From positions 27,845 through 91,844 of the forward strand of contig CAVSVH010000005.1 of NCBI GenBank assembly GCA_963731395.1: a DNA stretch of 64,000 nucleotides, read 5' to 3'. Each line of letters opens with the position of its first letter. The first letter of the stretch is position 1. The notes below the pieces were generated by a model. The model was given only the letters and a program-made list of their open reading frames with translations, had not been told where the DNA came from and ran no database searches. This document shows positions 17,494 through 26,553 of this stretch, piece by piece. This stretch comes from an uncultured Solirubrobacteraceae bacterium (GTDB lineage Bacteria; Actinomycetota; Thermoleophilia; Solirubrobacterales; Solirubrobacteraceae). A program made the position numbers and the translations under genes.

Positions 17494-18861
17494 TCAGCCG
17501 GCGGCCGCCGACCAGAAGCCACCCGCCGAGAACAGCTCGCCGACGCACTCGTCCAGCAGCCCTGTCTCGGCGGCGAGATCCAGCACGGTGTACCGCGAGC
17601 GGATCAGCCGCGCTCGGCGGTAGGTCGAGCGCAGGCGCTCGGAGCTCAGTCCGATCTCGGCCGGGGTGATCGGGCACCCCGCCGCCGCGAGCTGGTCGCG
17701 CAGCGCCGCCGCCGCGCTCAGCTGCTCACGCAGGCGCTCGGTGAGCTCGGGCCAGCGCTCGCGCACCAGCGCCACCCGGGTCGCGAGCTGATCGGCGTCG
17801 ACGTACTTGGCGCGGGTCTGCTCGATCGCCGCGTCCTTGGCGCCCTGCGGCAGGTCGGCGGCCCGCACGTCGCGCTCCGTCTCCGACCACGACGGCCACG
17901 CGCCGGCGACCGCGTCGACGTCGAGCGCTGACAGGTCGCGCGCCAGCAGACGCTCGTACAGGGCAGCGCTCGAGAGCGTGCCGAGCCCGACCTTGAAACC
18001 GTGCGACAGGGGCGGCTCGCTGCCGTCCGGATCCTCGCCGAGCCCCTCCATCTCCCACAAGTGGCTGAACTGATGTTCGGCGCCGGAGGCCGGGCGCGAG
18101 GACGCGGCCGCTTGCATCGCCAGTCCAGACATGATGAGACCCTCGATCAGCGCCTCGAGCGCCCCGGGATTGCGCCCGTGCAGCTCGCCCGGACGGAACG
18201 TCGCCTCGCGCAGCGGACCCTGGACCAGCGACCAGGCCGTGTCGTCGATCGGCTCCACCTCGAGCGCATCGGCAACGATCCAGTCGGCCCCGGCGCTCAC
18301 CTTGGCCAGCAGGTCGGCGTAGCCCGCCGAGGTCATCGGCGCCGGCGCGCCCTGCAGGACGCTCACGTCGGCGAGCACTGCGTGGGGCGCCGGGCACTCC
18401 ATCGTCTGCTTGTAGCCGTCCTTGGTGATGGAGGCACCGAACGCCGTGTACCCGTCCACCGAGGCGGCTGTCACGACGCACATGTACGGCCGCTGCGCCA
18501 GGTGCGAGGCGCGCTTGACGATGTCGTTGATCGTCCCGGAGCCGACCGCGACCGGGATCGCGTCGTGCTCGGAGAGCGCGGCCGCGAGCTCGTCGATCGG
18601 CTCCGATTGGGCGTGCAGGACGGGTCGAGCTCCGAACACGTGGGGCTCGCGCGTTCCGCCGGTGGTGTCCTGCAGGCACTCCTCGACGACCTCGCCGGCG
18701 GCGGCAAACGTGTTCTCGTCGGCGATCACGATCGCCTGGCGCTCGCCGAAGCTCTCCCTGAACAGCGCGGCGGTCGCGGCGTGCAGCACGCCCTCGCCGA
18801 TCGTGACCTGGGCGGTGTCCGTGGCCTCGCGCACGGCGTCGCTGATCCGCTGCGAGCTCAT
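17494..18861 (-). CDS. sn-glycerol-1-phosphate dehydrogenase family protein (AraM/EgsA-like)
   Basis: AVGSGTINDIVK, TAASVDGYT, SGAEHQFSHLWEM, SHGFKVG. Confidence 0.9.
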   Translation of the reverse strand: MSSQRISDAVREATDTAQVTIGEGVLHAATAALFRESFGERQAIVIADENTFAAAGEVVEECLQDTTGGTREPHVFGARPVLHAQSEPIDELAAALSEHDAIPVAVGSGTINDIVKRASHLAQRPYMCVVTAASVDGYTAFGASITKDGYKQTMECPAPHAVLADVSVLQGAPAPMTSAGYADLLAKVSAGADWIVADALEVEPIDDTAWSLVQGPLREATFRPGELHGRNPGALEALIEGLIMSGLAMQAAASSRPASGAEHQFSHLWEMEGLGEDPDGSEPPLSHGFKVGLGTLSSAALYERLLARDLSALDVDAVAGAWPSWSETERDVRAADLPQGAKDAAIEQTRAKYVDADQLATRVALVRERWPELTERLREQLSAAAALRDQLAAAGCPITPAEIGLSSERLRSTYRRARLIRSRYTVLDLAAETGLLDECVGELFSAGGFWSAAAG

Positions 18862-18907
18862 CGTCGGCATCCCCGGCGCGCCGCGGGACCGCGGTCGGTT
18901 GAGGGCG

Positions 18908-19372
18908 TCACTCGGATGCCTCGCGCTCGGCCCGGAACCGAGCGTCGATGCGTTCCATCTTGCGGACCTTCTCGGTCGAGCCTCCACCCTCGAACTCGGA
19001 GGCGAGCCAGTGATCGAGCACCTTCTCGGCCGCCTGGGGCGCGATCACGCGCGCCCCCATCGTCAGCACTTGGGCGTCGTTGGACTTGCGCGCGCGCTCG
19101 GCCGAGTAGGCGTCGTGGGCGGTGGCGGCGCGCACTCCGGGAATCTTGTTGGCGGTCATCGCCATTCCCAGGCCCGTGCCGCAGATGAGCACCGCACGAT
19201 CGAAGCGGCCGGTCGAGACGGCCTGCGCGACCTCCGCGGCGACGTCCGGATAGTCCTGCTCGGTGCCGTTGCCGTAGTCCTCCACCTCGTAACCGTTGTC
19301 GCGCAGATACGTGGCGAGGTGGTCCTTGAGCGGGGCGCCTGCGTCGTCGGCGCCGATCGCGATCGGGTTCAT
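18908..19372 (-). CDS. RpiB/LacA-family sugar-phosphate isomerase (DerI-like)
   Basis: IAIGADDAG, DYPD, LICGTGLGM, ERARKSNDAQ. Confidence 0.9.
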   Translation of the reverse strand: MNPIAIGADDAGAPLKDHLATYLRDNGYEVEDYGNGTEQDYPDVAAEVAQAVSTGRFDRAVLICGTGLGMAMTANKIPGVRAATAHDAYSAERARKSNDAQVLTMGARVIAPQAAEKVLDHWLASEFEGGGSTEKVRKMERIDARFRAEREASE

Positions 19373-19409
19373 CGTCGTTCTCCTGGGGTCATCATGCGGG
19401 TGGCGGCGC

Positions 19410-20987
19410 TCATGCCTCGCCCTCCCGGGGCAGGTGGGAGGCCAGCTCGTGCATGACCGGGCGCATCGCGGGATACGTGTCGGCGTAGGCCTCGACGAAT
19501 GGAGCATAGGTCTGGTGGGCGTCGGGGTCGGGCTCGATCGTGCGGCTCTCGTGAACCATCGTCTCGGCGGCGTCGCCGACGCTGTCGAACAGGTCGGCGC
19601 CCACCGCGGCGAGGATCGCGCCGCCGAGCACGACCGCGTCTCCCACCTCGGTCAGCCTGATCGGGAGCCCGCTGACGTCGGCATGCATCTGGATGAGCTC
19701 GGGGCTGTTGGTGAAGCCACCGGCGGCGACGAGCTCGCGGACCTCAAACCCTGCCTCGCCCATCGCCCGCAGGATCTGGGCGGTGCCATAGCAGATGCCC
19801 TCCTGGATCGCCCGGTAGACATGCTCGGGGGTGTGGTGGAGGCTGAGGCCCCAGATGATCCCACGCGCTAGCGGATCGGTGTACGGCGTGCGGTTGCCCT
19901 GCCAGTACTCGTTGACGATCAGCCCGTCGGATCCCGGGGGAATCTTCCGGATGCGCTCGTTGAGCACCTCGTAGTCGCTGATCTGGCGGCGCTCAGCCTC
20001 CTCGCGGACACGGTCAGAGCAGAAGTTGTCCTTGAACCACTTCAGGACCGACCCGGTCGAGACCTGGCCGCCCTCCAGCGTGTACTGCCCCGGGATGACC
20101 GCGTCGGTGAACGCGCCGAAGAAGCCCCGCCCGCTGATCGGATCCTCGCTCTGCCCGCTGAGCACGTGCGAGGACCCGGTGATCAACGCCATCCGCCCGG
20201 GCTGCACCACGCCCAGACCGATCTGGCCCACCCACGCATCGCCGCCGCCCTGGGCGACCGGGGTGCCGGGCGTCAGCCCGAGCTCCTGCGCCGCCTCCTC
20301 GGACAGGCCCTCGACCGGGGCGCCGAGGTCGAGCACGTCCTCGGGCAGCTTGGCGAACGCGTCGTCGAGCCCGATCTCCTCGTAGAACCCGACGGGCCAC
20401 CCGTCGTGGTCGCGGTCGTGATACCCGCGCACAGCCGCCGTGTTGACGTTCGCGGTCATCCGCCCGGTGAGCCGGAACGTGATCCAGTCCGGCGCGTCGA
20501 CCAGGTACCGCGCGGCGGAGTAGGTGTCGGGCTCTGACTCCTTCAGCCACAGGAGCTTGGACGGCAGCCACTCGGCCGAGACCGGCCCGCCGCCGTTGTA
20601 CCGGCGGGCGGGATGCTCGGACTCGCCGATCCGCCGTGCCTGGTCGGCGGCGCGCACGTCCATCCACATGATCGCCGGCCGCAGCGGGCGCCCCGCGTCG
20701 TCGAGGGCGATCACGGTGCAGGTCGTGGCGTCGGCCGACAGTCCAGCGATCGCATCGCCGTCGAGCTCGGCGGCGCGCATCACCTTGCCGACGGACTCCA
20801 CGAGCGCCGACCACCACTCATCCGGGTCCTGCTCGGCCCAGCCCGGCCGGGGATGGCTCAGCTTGTACGGAGTCGCCTCAACCGCCACCCGGCGCCCGTG
20901 GAGGTCGAAGATCGCGGCGCGGCAGCTCTCGGTCCCGAAGTCGATCCCGAGCAGATGGCGCTCGTCGGGGTTGGATCCCGAGCTCAT
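19410..20987 (-). CDS. FGGY-family carbohydrate kinase (ribulokinase-like)
   Basis: LGIDFGTESCRA, WAEQDP, MWMDVRA, WQGNRTP. Confidence 0.92.
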   Translation of the reverse strand: MSSGSNPDERHLLGIDFGTESCRAAIFDLHGRRVAVEATPYKLSHPRPGWAEQDPDEWWSALVESVGKVMRAAELDGDAIAGLSADATTCTVIALDDAGRPLRPAIMWMDVRAADQARRIGESEHPARRYNGGGPVSAEWLPSKLLWLKESEPDTYSAARYLVDAPDWITFRLTGRMTANVNTAAVRGYHDRDHDGWPVGFYEEIGLDDAFAKLPEDVLDLGAPVEGLSEEAAQELGLTPGTPVAQGGGDAWVGQIGLGVVQPGRMALITGSSHVLSGQSEDPISGRGFFGAFTDAVIPGQYTLEGGQVSTGSVLKWFKDNFCSDRVREEAERRQISDYEVLNERIRKIPPGSDGLIVNEYWQGNRTPYTDPLARGIIWGLSLHHTPEHVYRAIQEGICYGTAQILRAMGEAGFEVRELVAAGGFTNSPELIQMHADVSGLPIRLTEVGDAVVLGGAILAAVGADLFDSVGDAAETMVHESRTIEPDPDAHQTYAPFVEAYADTYPAMRPVMHELASHLPREGEA

Positions 20988-21015
20988 CCGCCGCAGCGCT
21001 CCATGACGTAACTCG

Positions 21016-21891
21016 TCATGCGTCGTCGTCCCCGTCCTCGCTCCAGCCCAGCTCGGCCCAGAGCTCGTCCGGCAGCAGGCGATCGATCCGCTCCACCACG
21101 ATCGTCGGCGAGTCATCCGGCTCGAGCTCGGCGACGTCGGCGGCGGTCGTCTCGCCGGTCAGTACCAGCGCGGTGTCGATGCCGAGGTCCAGTCCCATGC
21201 GAATGTCGGTCGCGTACCGGTCACCGGCCATCAGGCAGTCGCGATCGTCGACCTCGACGCCGTCGAGCGCCGTCTCGATCATGACCGGGTTGGGCTTGCC
21301 CACGACCGCCTCGCACCGGGCGCCGGTGCAGGCCTCGATCGCCGCGGTGACGGCGGCGCAGTCGGGCTCGCCGCGGCCGCCCGGAAACGGGCAGAAGGGG
21401 TCGGGGTTGGTGGCGACCAGCCGAGCGCGGCGGTGAAACCAGATCGCGTCGAACGCGATCTGCAGCTTCGCGTAGTCGAAGCCCCGGTCATAGCTGGCGA
21501 CGACGACGTCGATCTCGGCCGGGTCGTCGGACATGCGGATCCCGGCCGCCTCGAGCGCCCGCCGCAGCGGCGCCTCGGCGATCGGGAACACGACCGCGCC
21601 GGACGCGTTGTCGCGCAGCCACTGGGTCATCGTCACGGTTGTGTTGACGATCTCGTCGACGGGCGTGGGGAGGCCAAGGCGCTCGAGCTTGTCGGCGTAC
21701 TCCTCCGGGTCCTTGGTCGGGTTGTTGGACAGGAAGCGGACCGTCTTGTCGCGCGCGCGCAGCTCTCGCACGAGCCGGCGGGCGCCCGGGAGCAGGTCGT
21801 CGCCGAGATAGATGGTCCCGTCGAGGTCGAACACGTACACCTCGTACAGGCGCTCGGCGCTGGGCTGCGCGGTGTCCGCCTCGGCTGTCAT
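21016..21891 (-). CDS. HAD-IIA family sugar-phosphate phosphatase (NagD/AraL-like)
   Basis: FDLDGTIY, LSNN, ATNPD, GKP, GDRYATDI. Confidence 0.92.
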   Translation of the reverse strand: MTAEADTAQPSAERLYEVYVFDLDGTIYLGDDLLPGARRLVRELRARDKTVRFLSNNPTKDPEEYADKLERLGLPTPVDEIVNTTVTMTQWLRDNASGAVVFPIAEAPLRRALEAAGIRMSDDPAEIDVVVASYDRGFDYAKLQIAFDAIWFHRRARLVATNPDPFCPFPGGRGEPDCAAVTAAIEACTGARCEAVVGKPNPVMIETALDGVEVDDRDCLMAGDRYATDIRMGLDLGIDTALVLTGETTAADVAELEPDDSPTIVVERIDRLLPDELWAELGWSEDGDDDA

Positions 21892-22002
21892 GACCGGCCT
21901 CGGGCCTCCCTCCGTACCCGGCGCACGACACCTTCACCCGGTGCTGCCGGCGCTGAACCCGGTGTGGACGACACATGGTTCGAATAATCTCCACGTCCCG
22001 TT

Positions 22003-22026
22003 TACCCCGTTGCCCGCTGACAAAAC
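22003..22026 (-). promoter_or_regulatory. SigB/SigF-like stress promoter upstream of the polyol-phosphate operon
   Basis: GTTT-N15-GGGTA on the minus strand. Confidence 0.55.
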
Positions 22027-22053
22027 TCGGGCCTCGCGCGCGTGCCGGACGGG

Positions 22054-22602
22054 TCAGCGTTGTCGACGGGTCGCCGCGGCGACACGCTCCACGAAGACCG
22101 AATGCTCTGGCCGGGCATCCGGGAAAGCCACGCAGCGCGTTTTCGTACGATGCGGCCGCTCTTGGACGGCGCGCCCTCTGCTATGGGTGACGGCGCCCTC
22201 GGTCGAAGCTTGCTCGATGAATTCGGTGCAGGGCGCGATCGAGCAGGGCGAGCCGGCGACGACGAAGCATGTGCCATACGGGACGGCCACAACGGCTTGG
22301 GCCACCAGCCGAGTCTTGGGATGGGATGCCCGGACGGGCGAGTCAGTGCCGTGTCGGGCGATGACCGTGCCGGCCATCGCGAGTCCAACGATGACAAGGA
22401 CCGCGCCGGTGATCAGGCGCGCCCGCTGGCGAGCAGGCCGGATCAGGAGCGCTCCGGCGAGCATGTCCCGGATCACGCGCGTGCGCGAGACCTCACCTTG
22501 CGCCCTCAGCTCGTTTTCAAGGTCGAGAAGCTCATCGCCGTACCGATTCCGGATCCGTCGCGGGTAGAGCGTGAGCAGCGTGCGCACCAACCGAGAGCTC
22601 AT
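22054..22602 (-). CDS. PadR-associated membrane protein
   Basis: LLTLYPRRIRNRYGDEL motif typical of PadR partners; ATGA overlap with padR. Confidence 0.7.
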   Translation of the reverse strand: MSSRLVRTLLTLYPRRIRNRYGDELLDLENELRAQGEVSRTRVIRDMLAGALLIRPARQRARLITGAVLVIVGLAMAGTVIARHGTDSPVRASHPKTRLVAQAVVAVPYGTCFVVAGSPCSIAPCTEFIEQASTEGAVTHSRGRAVQERPHRTKTRCVAFPDARPEHSVFVERVAAATRRQR

Positions 22603-22904
22603 GCCGGCTGGACCCCGATTCGCGCCAGGCCAATGCGCGTGATCATCTCGTCGCCTCTGAGACGCTTGGTGAGCGCATCGGTTCCGGCCGCGGTGATCTC
22701 GTAGGGATGCCGGCGCTTCTGTGCCGGGAGCGCTCTGACGAGACCCGCGTCCTCGAGTCGGGCCAAGGCACCATACAGGGTGCCAGGTCCCAGGGTCACA
22801 CTCGCGAACTGCTCGATGTCCTTGATCAGGGCGTAGCCATGCTTGGGGCCGTCCGCCAGGCTCGTGAGCACAAGTACCCACCGCTGCGACAGATCGTCCC
22901 CCAT
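22599..22904 (-). CDS. PadR family transcriptional regulator
   Basis: LTSLADGPKHGY, LGPGTLYGALARLE, YEITAAG. Confidence 0.9.
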   Translation of the reverse strand: MGDDLSQRWVLVLTSLADGPKHGYALIKDIEQFASVTLGPGTLYGALARLEDAGLVRALPAQKRRHPYEITAAGTDALTKRLRGDEMITRIGLARIGVQPA

Positions 22905-23146
22905 AGTACGGCCGACGATACATCGCGGCTGAGAAGAGTCAAGTGACGCGAGCCGGGCGGGCGGGCCGTGACCCAGATCCTGGGTCCACGCGCGATCGTC
23001 GTCCTCACCGTCTGGCAGACACTCGCCGTGCAACTCGCCCGGACCCAGGCTTCCTCACTCGCCGGTCTCCAGGGCGAGGACCGCGTCGACGCCCGAGGAG
23101 GAGGAGGCAGCACGTCACGCCGCCACATGCCGGAGTCGCTGGTGCG

Positions 23147-23326
23147 CTACGGACTGCCGCCCAACCGATCTATCAACCGGTCGCGCGTGATGCCGTGCGC
23201 AAGCAGCACATTCCCGTCACGCTCTGGATCCACCGGGTCAGGAAGCTCCCGCTCGAGAGCCGCAAGCTCTTCGGGCGGCGTGCCGGCGCGACGAAGTACT
23301 GCGAGAACCTCCTCCTTGGAGTACAG
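23147..23326 (-). CDS. Small hypothetical protein (59 aa, non-ATG start; not in the ORF track)
   Basis: YSKEEVLAVLRRAGTPPEELAALERELPDPVDPERDGNVLLAHGITRDRLIDRLGGSP; similar to 49621-49809. Confidence 0.6.
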   Translation of the reverse strand: MYSKEEVLAVLRRAGTPPEELAALERELPDPVDPERDGNVLLAHGITRDRLIDRLGGSP

Positions 23327-23569
23327 GAAGATGATCGTAGAACGCAGGCGTGACGTCAGGCCGAAGACCGCGTCACTCCGGCGACCCCTTCAACGGGGCG
23401 GAAGCGCTTTACGCGAGTGGTTCGGAGCCTCGGGGCGATGGTTTGGGCGGTGGCTGACGGTCGCCGCGAGGGTGAGGTCGCCGTTACCTCGGCTCATGAT
23501 CCTCCGGATCGGAGCGGGTCTGGTTGCTGCAGCGAGAGCCTGATGTTTGCGCAGGATGGCCGTGTGGGG

Positions 23570-23588
23570 TCATCCGAACCGGGTGATG
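23570..23588 (+). promoter_or_regulatory. Palindromic operator TCATCCG-N3-CGGGTGA(TG), copy 1
   Basis: Same motif as 29704-29722. Confidence 0.6.
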
Positions 23589-23669
23589 TCGGTGGTCGGT
23601 CATTGCGCGAGCATTCCTCATGGCCTGCCGATGGCTGTGGCCACGCGAGCCGAACGAACGGAGGACAGG

Positions 23670-24050
23670 ATGCTGCGGCGGATGAACGACATGCCGAGCG
23701 GAACGATTGGCTTCGAGGCGGTCGGCGAGGTGGATGACGACGACTGGGAGGACGTGGTCGAGCCCGTGTTGCGCGGTGATATCGCCGCGGGCCGCAAGGT
23801 CCGGCTCCTGTACCTCCTCGGGACCCGCGCTGAGGACATCGAGGGGGACGCCGTGAAGGCCGACACCGGCTTCCGCGCCCGTCATGCCACGGACTTCGAG
23901 CGTGTTGCCGTGGTGAGCGACGAGTCGTGGATCAGGCCGGCGCTGCGGGCATTGTCGTTTTTGATGCCGGGGGGCGCTCGGGGGTTCGCGGTTCGCGATC
24001 TGCCCGCTGCGAAGGCGTGGCTGGCTGAGGGCGTCGTCACGCCGTCTTGA
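23670..24050 (+). CDS. STAS/SEC14 (SpoIIAA-like) domain protein
   Basis: GTIGFEAVGEVDDDDWEDVVEP, ERVAVVSDESWI, AAKAWL; GGAGG upstream. Confidence 0.85.
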   Translation: MLRRMNDMPSGTIGFEAVGEVDDDDWEDVVEPVLRGDIAAGRKVRLLYLLGTRAEDIEGDAVKADTGFRARHATDFERVAVVSDESWIRPALRALSFLMPGGARGFAVRDLPAAKAWLAEGVVTPS

Positions 24051-24135
24051 CCGGCTCGCACGGCTGCGGCTTCTGTCGGCGCGTGCCGGACGGCACGTAG
24101 GCTCGCGGGAGGATCGGTTGGCCAGGAACGCCAGT

Positions 24136-24370
24136 TTGGCGCCGGTGCTGGCGGCGGCGATGCTCGTCCTTGTCGACGTCACGTCACTGATGAACGTGTT
24201 GATCTCGGCGGTGGTTGGGGATCTCGATACGACGGTCAGCTCGGTCCAGAGCACGATCGCGCTTACGCCCTGGTCTCCGCCGCGTTCATCCTGATCAGCA
24301 GCAAGGTCGGCGACCTGTTCGGACGCAAGGGGGCTCGTGTTGGATTTGCTGGAGTATGCGGCTGGTGCTC
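24136..24370 (+). pseudogene. MFS transporter N-terminal remnant
   Basis: VDVTSLMNVLISAVVGDLDTTVSSVQSTIAL, a frameshift, then SAAFILISSKVGDLFGRK (MFS motif A); truncated. Confidence 0.65.
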
Positions 24371-24548
24371 CGGTGTCGACCGGTTCGTGCCGGGCATCCA
24401 TCTGTTCAGGATGATGCCCCTAGTCCGATCGATCACGAGACTCGGCGAGCGAGCTGTCGCCGCAGGCACTGCCACCACGAAGCCATGACCTGGAGGCGCC
24501 GCGCAGTGCATGAAACGCTCGTGATCTGGTGTGGACGTGCGGCGAGTG

Positions 24549-25631
24549 CTACCGAACGTCGGTGAAAACGACCTCGATCGCGTTGTTGCCGTAGCCGAGC
24601 CGGTTCCAGACTGGGACTTCGGGCTGCACGTTTCCCGCCGCGTCGGTTGCTCGCGCGCGCAGCGTCCTCCGTCCGCGTTCGGTCGGTTGCCATGCGAACG
24701 ACCAGCTCTGCCACTGGTACGGACCTCTCGGGGTCTCTACGTGCGCTGGTAGCCACTCCGCCTCACCGGTCAGGCTCAGGTCGACGTTGGTGACAGGGCC
24801 GGTGCCCGACCATGCCTTGCCGCGAACGATGTATGTGTCACCGAGGCGTACGGCAGCGCCCGGGTTGGGGTCTGTTATACGCGCCCGCGGTCGCATTACC
24901 GTCACGCGCTCTGCGGGGCGGTCGTGCCACTGGTACATGTAGTGGCCGGTCTCGAACTCGCCGAGGAAGGGCTCTGTCAGGATTTCGATGTGCTTCAGCC
25001 ACTTGACAGAGGCGACGCCATACCAATGCGGGACGATCAGACGAAACGGTGACCCGTGGTCGGGACTGAGCGGCTCCCCATTCATCTCGTACGCGATCAG
25101 GATCTCGGCGGACGGGTCGGCGGCGTGGACGAGCGTCAGCGATCGCTCGAACGACAGGTCGGAGGCGTCGATGTTCTTGAGCACTGGGTTGAGGATGTAT
25201 GACCCGTGGTCGGCACCGGCGAAACGCACTTCGACGGCGGTTGGACGTGGCTTCGCCCGCTCGACGATCTCGTGCAGGAGCGCGCCCTTCCATCGCGCTG
25301 TGGAGACCGCGTAGTCGCCCCAGGGCTCACCGGCTGGAAGCGGCCTCATCGCGAGTCGACCGTTCCCGGCGCATTCGAGCGTGACGACGCGCTCGACCGG
25401 CGGCAGTGCTCGGAGGTCCTCGAGCGTGAGTGTGAGGGGGTTCTCGACCGCGCCGGCGATCTCGAGCGTGCCGTCGTGATCGGGTACGGGAAAGTTGCTG
25501 CGGACGTAGTGCAGCGGAGTCGGGGTGACGTCATCCTCGAGTGCCTCGGGCGGCGCCTCGGCGTTGAACGGCTCGGCATGGATCATGGTGAGCGCTGCGC
25601 GCTGCCGCTCCAAATCGTCGGCTACGGCCAT
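24549..25631 (-). CDS. Sulfite oxidase family molybdopterin oxidoreductase
   Basis: PFNAEAP, HYVRSNF, LECAGNGR (Mo-ligand Cys), AYEMNGEPL..DHGSPFRLIVP, SVKWL; no Tat signal. Confidence 0.93.
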   Translation of the reverse strand: MAVADDLERQRAALTMIHAEPFNAEAPPEALEDDVTPTPLHYVRSNFPVPDHDGTLEIAGAVENPLTLTLEDLRALPPVERVVTLECAGNGRLAMRPLPAGEPWGDYAVSTARWKGALLHEIVERAKPRPTAVEVRFAGADHGSYILNPVLKNIDASDLSFERSLTLVHAADPSAEILIAYEMNGEPLSPDHGSPFRLIVPHWYGVASVKWLKHIEILTEPFLGEFETGHYMYQWHDRPAERVTVMRPRARITDPNPGAAVRLGDTYIVRGKAWSGTGPVTNVDLSLTGEAEWLPAHVETPRGPYQWQSWSFAWQPTERGRRTLRARATDAAGNVQPEVPVWNRLGYGNNAIEVVFTDVR

Positions 25632-25663
25632 CTCGTGAGCCTCCTCAATCGAACCTCGTCGAT

Positions 25664-26527
25664 TCAGTAGTCGGGGTCGTGAAAGCTTGGGTCGCGGTTC
25701 TCGATGAATGCGCCAATCCCCTCAATCCGGTCTGGATGCACTGCAGAGCGCCAGTGGGCTTCCATCATGATCGCGATCGCCTCCTCGGTCGGCTGTCCGT
25801 ACCCGAGCCGGACTGCCCGTTTCACGGCTTGAACCGCCGTCGGTGAGTTGCTCGCGATCTTTTCCGCGATCCGGTGCGCGGCCTCCATCAATTCGGTTTG
25901 CGCGTAGAGCTCGTTGACCATGCCCAGGCGGTGCGCCTCCTGGGCGCTGATCAGATCGCCTGTCATCAGCATCTGCAGCGCCCTGCCCGGTGGGAGAACG
26001 CGCGGCAGGAACACCGGTGAGCCGCCGCCCGCGGCGAGCCCGACCATTGCCTCCGGCTGACCGAAGGAAGCGTTCTCCGACGCGATGATGAAGTCGGTGC
26101 TCTGCGCGATCTCCGACCCGCCGCCGTACGCGACACCGTTGACCGCCGCGAATATGGGCTTCCGCAGCTCGCGCAGGGTGTACAACGTCCGGTCGAAGTC
26201 CTGGCGCTGCCGAAGCCACTCCTCCTTGGTCATGTTCTTGCGCTGCCGGAGATCGCTTCCGACAGAAAATGTGCGGCTCCCAGCACCGGTGATGATCACC
26301 ACCCGCACTGCTGGGCGGACGGCGATCGTTTCGAGGACCTCGGTGAGGCTCGCACCCATCTCCGTCGTGATGGCGTTGTCAGCGTGTGGCCTGTTCAGCG
26401 TGATCACGGCGATCGAGTCGCCGGCCGCGTACTCCAGGAGCACCGGGTTGTCGGGCTCATCGCCCTCGGGAGGCGGCCCGAAGTCGAGCGCTTTCCACCG
26501 TTCTGTGTTTGTCGAGCTTGCTGCCAC
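25664..26527 (-). CDS. Enoyl-CoA hydratase/isomerase (crotonase) family protein
   Basis: ITLNRP, FSVGSDL, KPIFAAVNGVAYGGGSE, FGQPE. Confidence 0.92.
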   Translation of the reverse strand: MAASSTNTERWKALDFGPPPEGDEPDNPVLLEYAAGDSIAVITLNRPHADNAITTEMGASLTEVLETIAVRPAVRVVIITGAGSRTFSVGSDLRQRKNMTKEEWLRQRQDFDRTLYTLRELRKPIFAAVNGVAYGGGSEIAQSTDFIIASENASFGQPEAMVGLAAGGGSPVFLPRVLPPGRALQMLMTGDLISAQEAHRLGMVNELYAQTELMEAAHRIAEKIASNSPTAVQAVKRAVRLGYGQPTEEAIAIMMEAHWRSAVHPDRIEGIGAFIENRDPSFHDPDY

Positions 26528-26553
26528 GGCGCCTCCGGTCTGGGTCGATCGTC

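Noticed and set aside
17494-18861. G1P dehydrogenase as evidence of archaeal-type ether lipid synthesis
   Set aside because: No GGGP synthase or prenyltransferase nearby; the context is sugar-phosphate metabolism.
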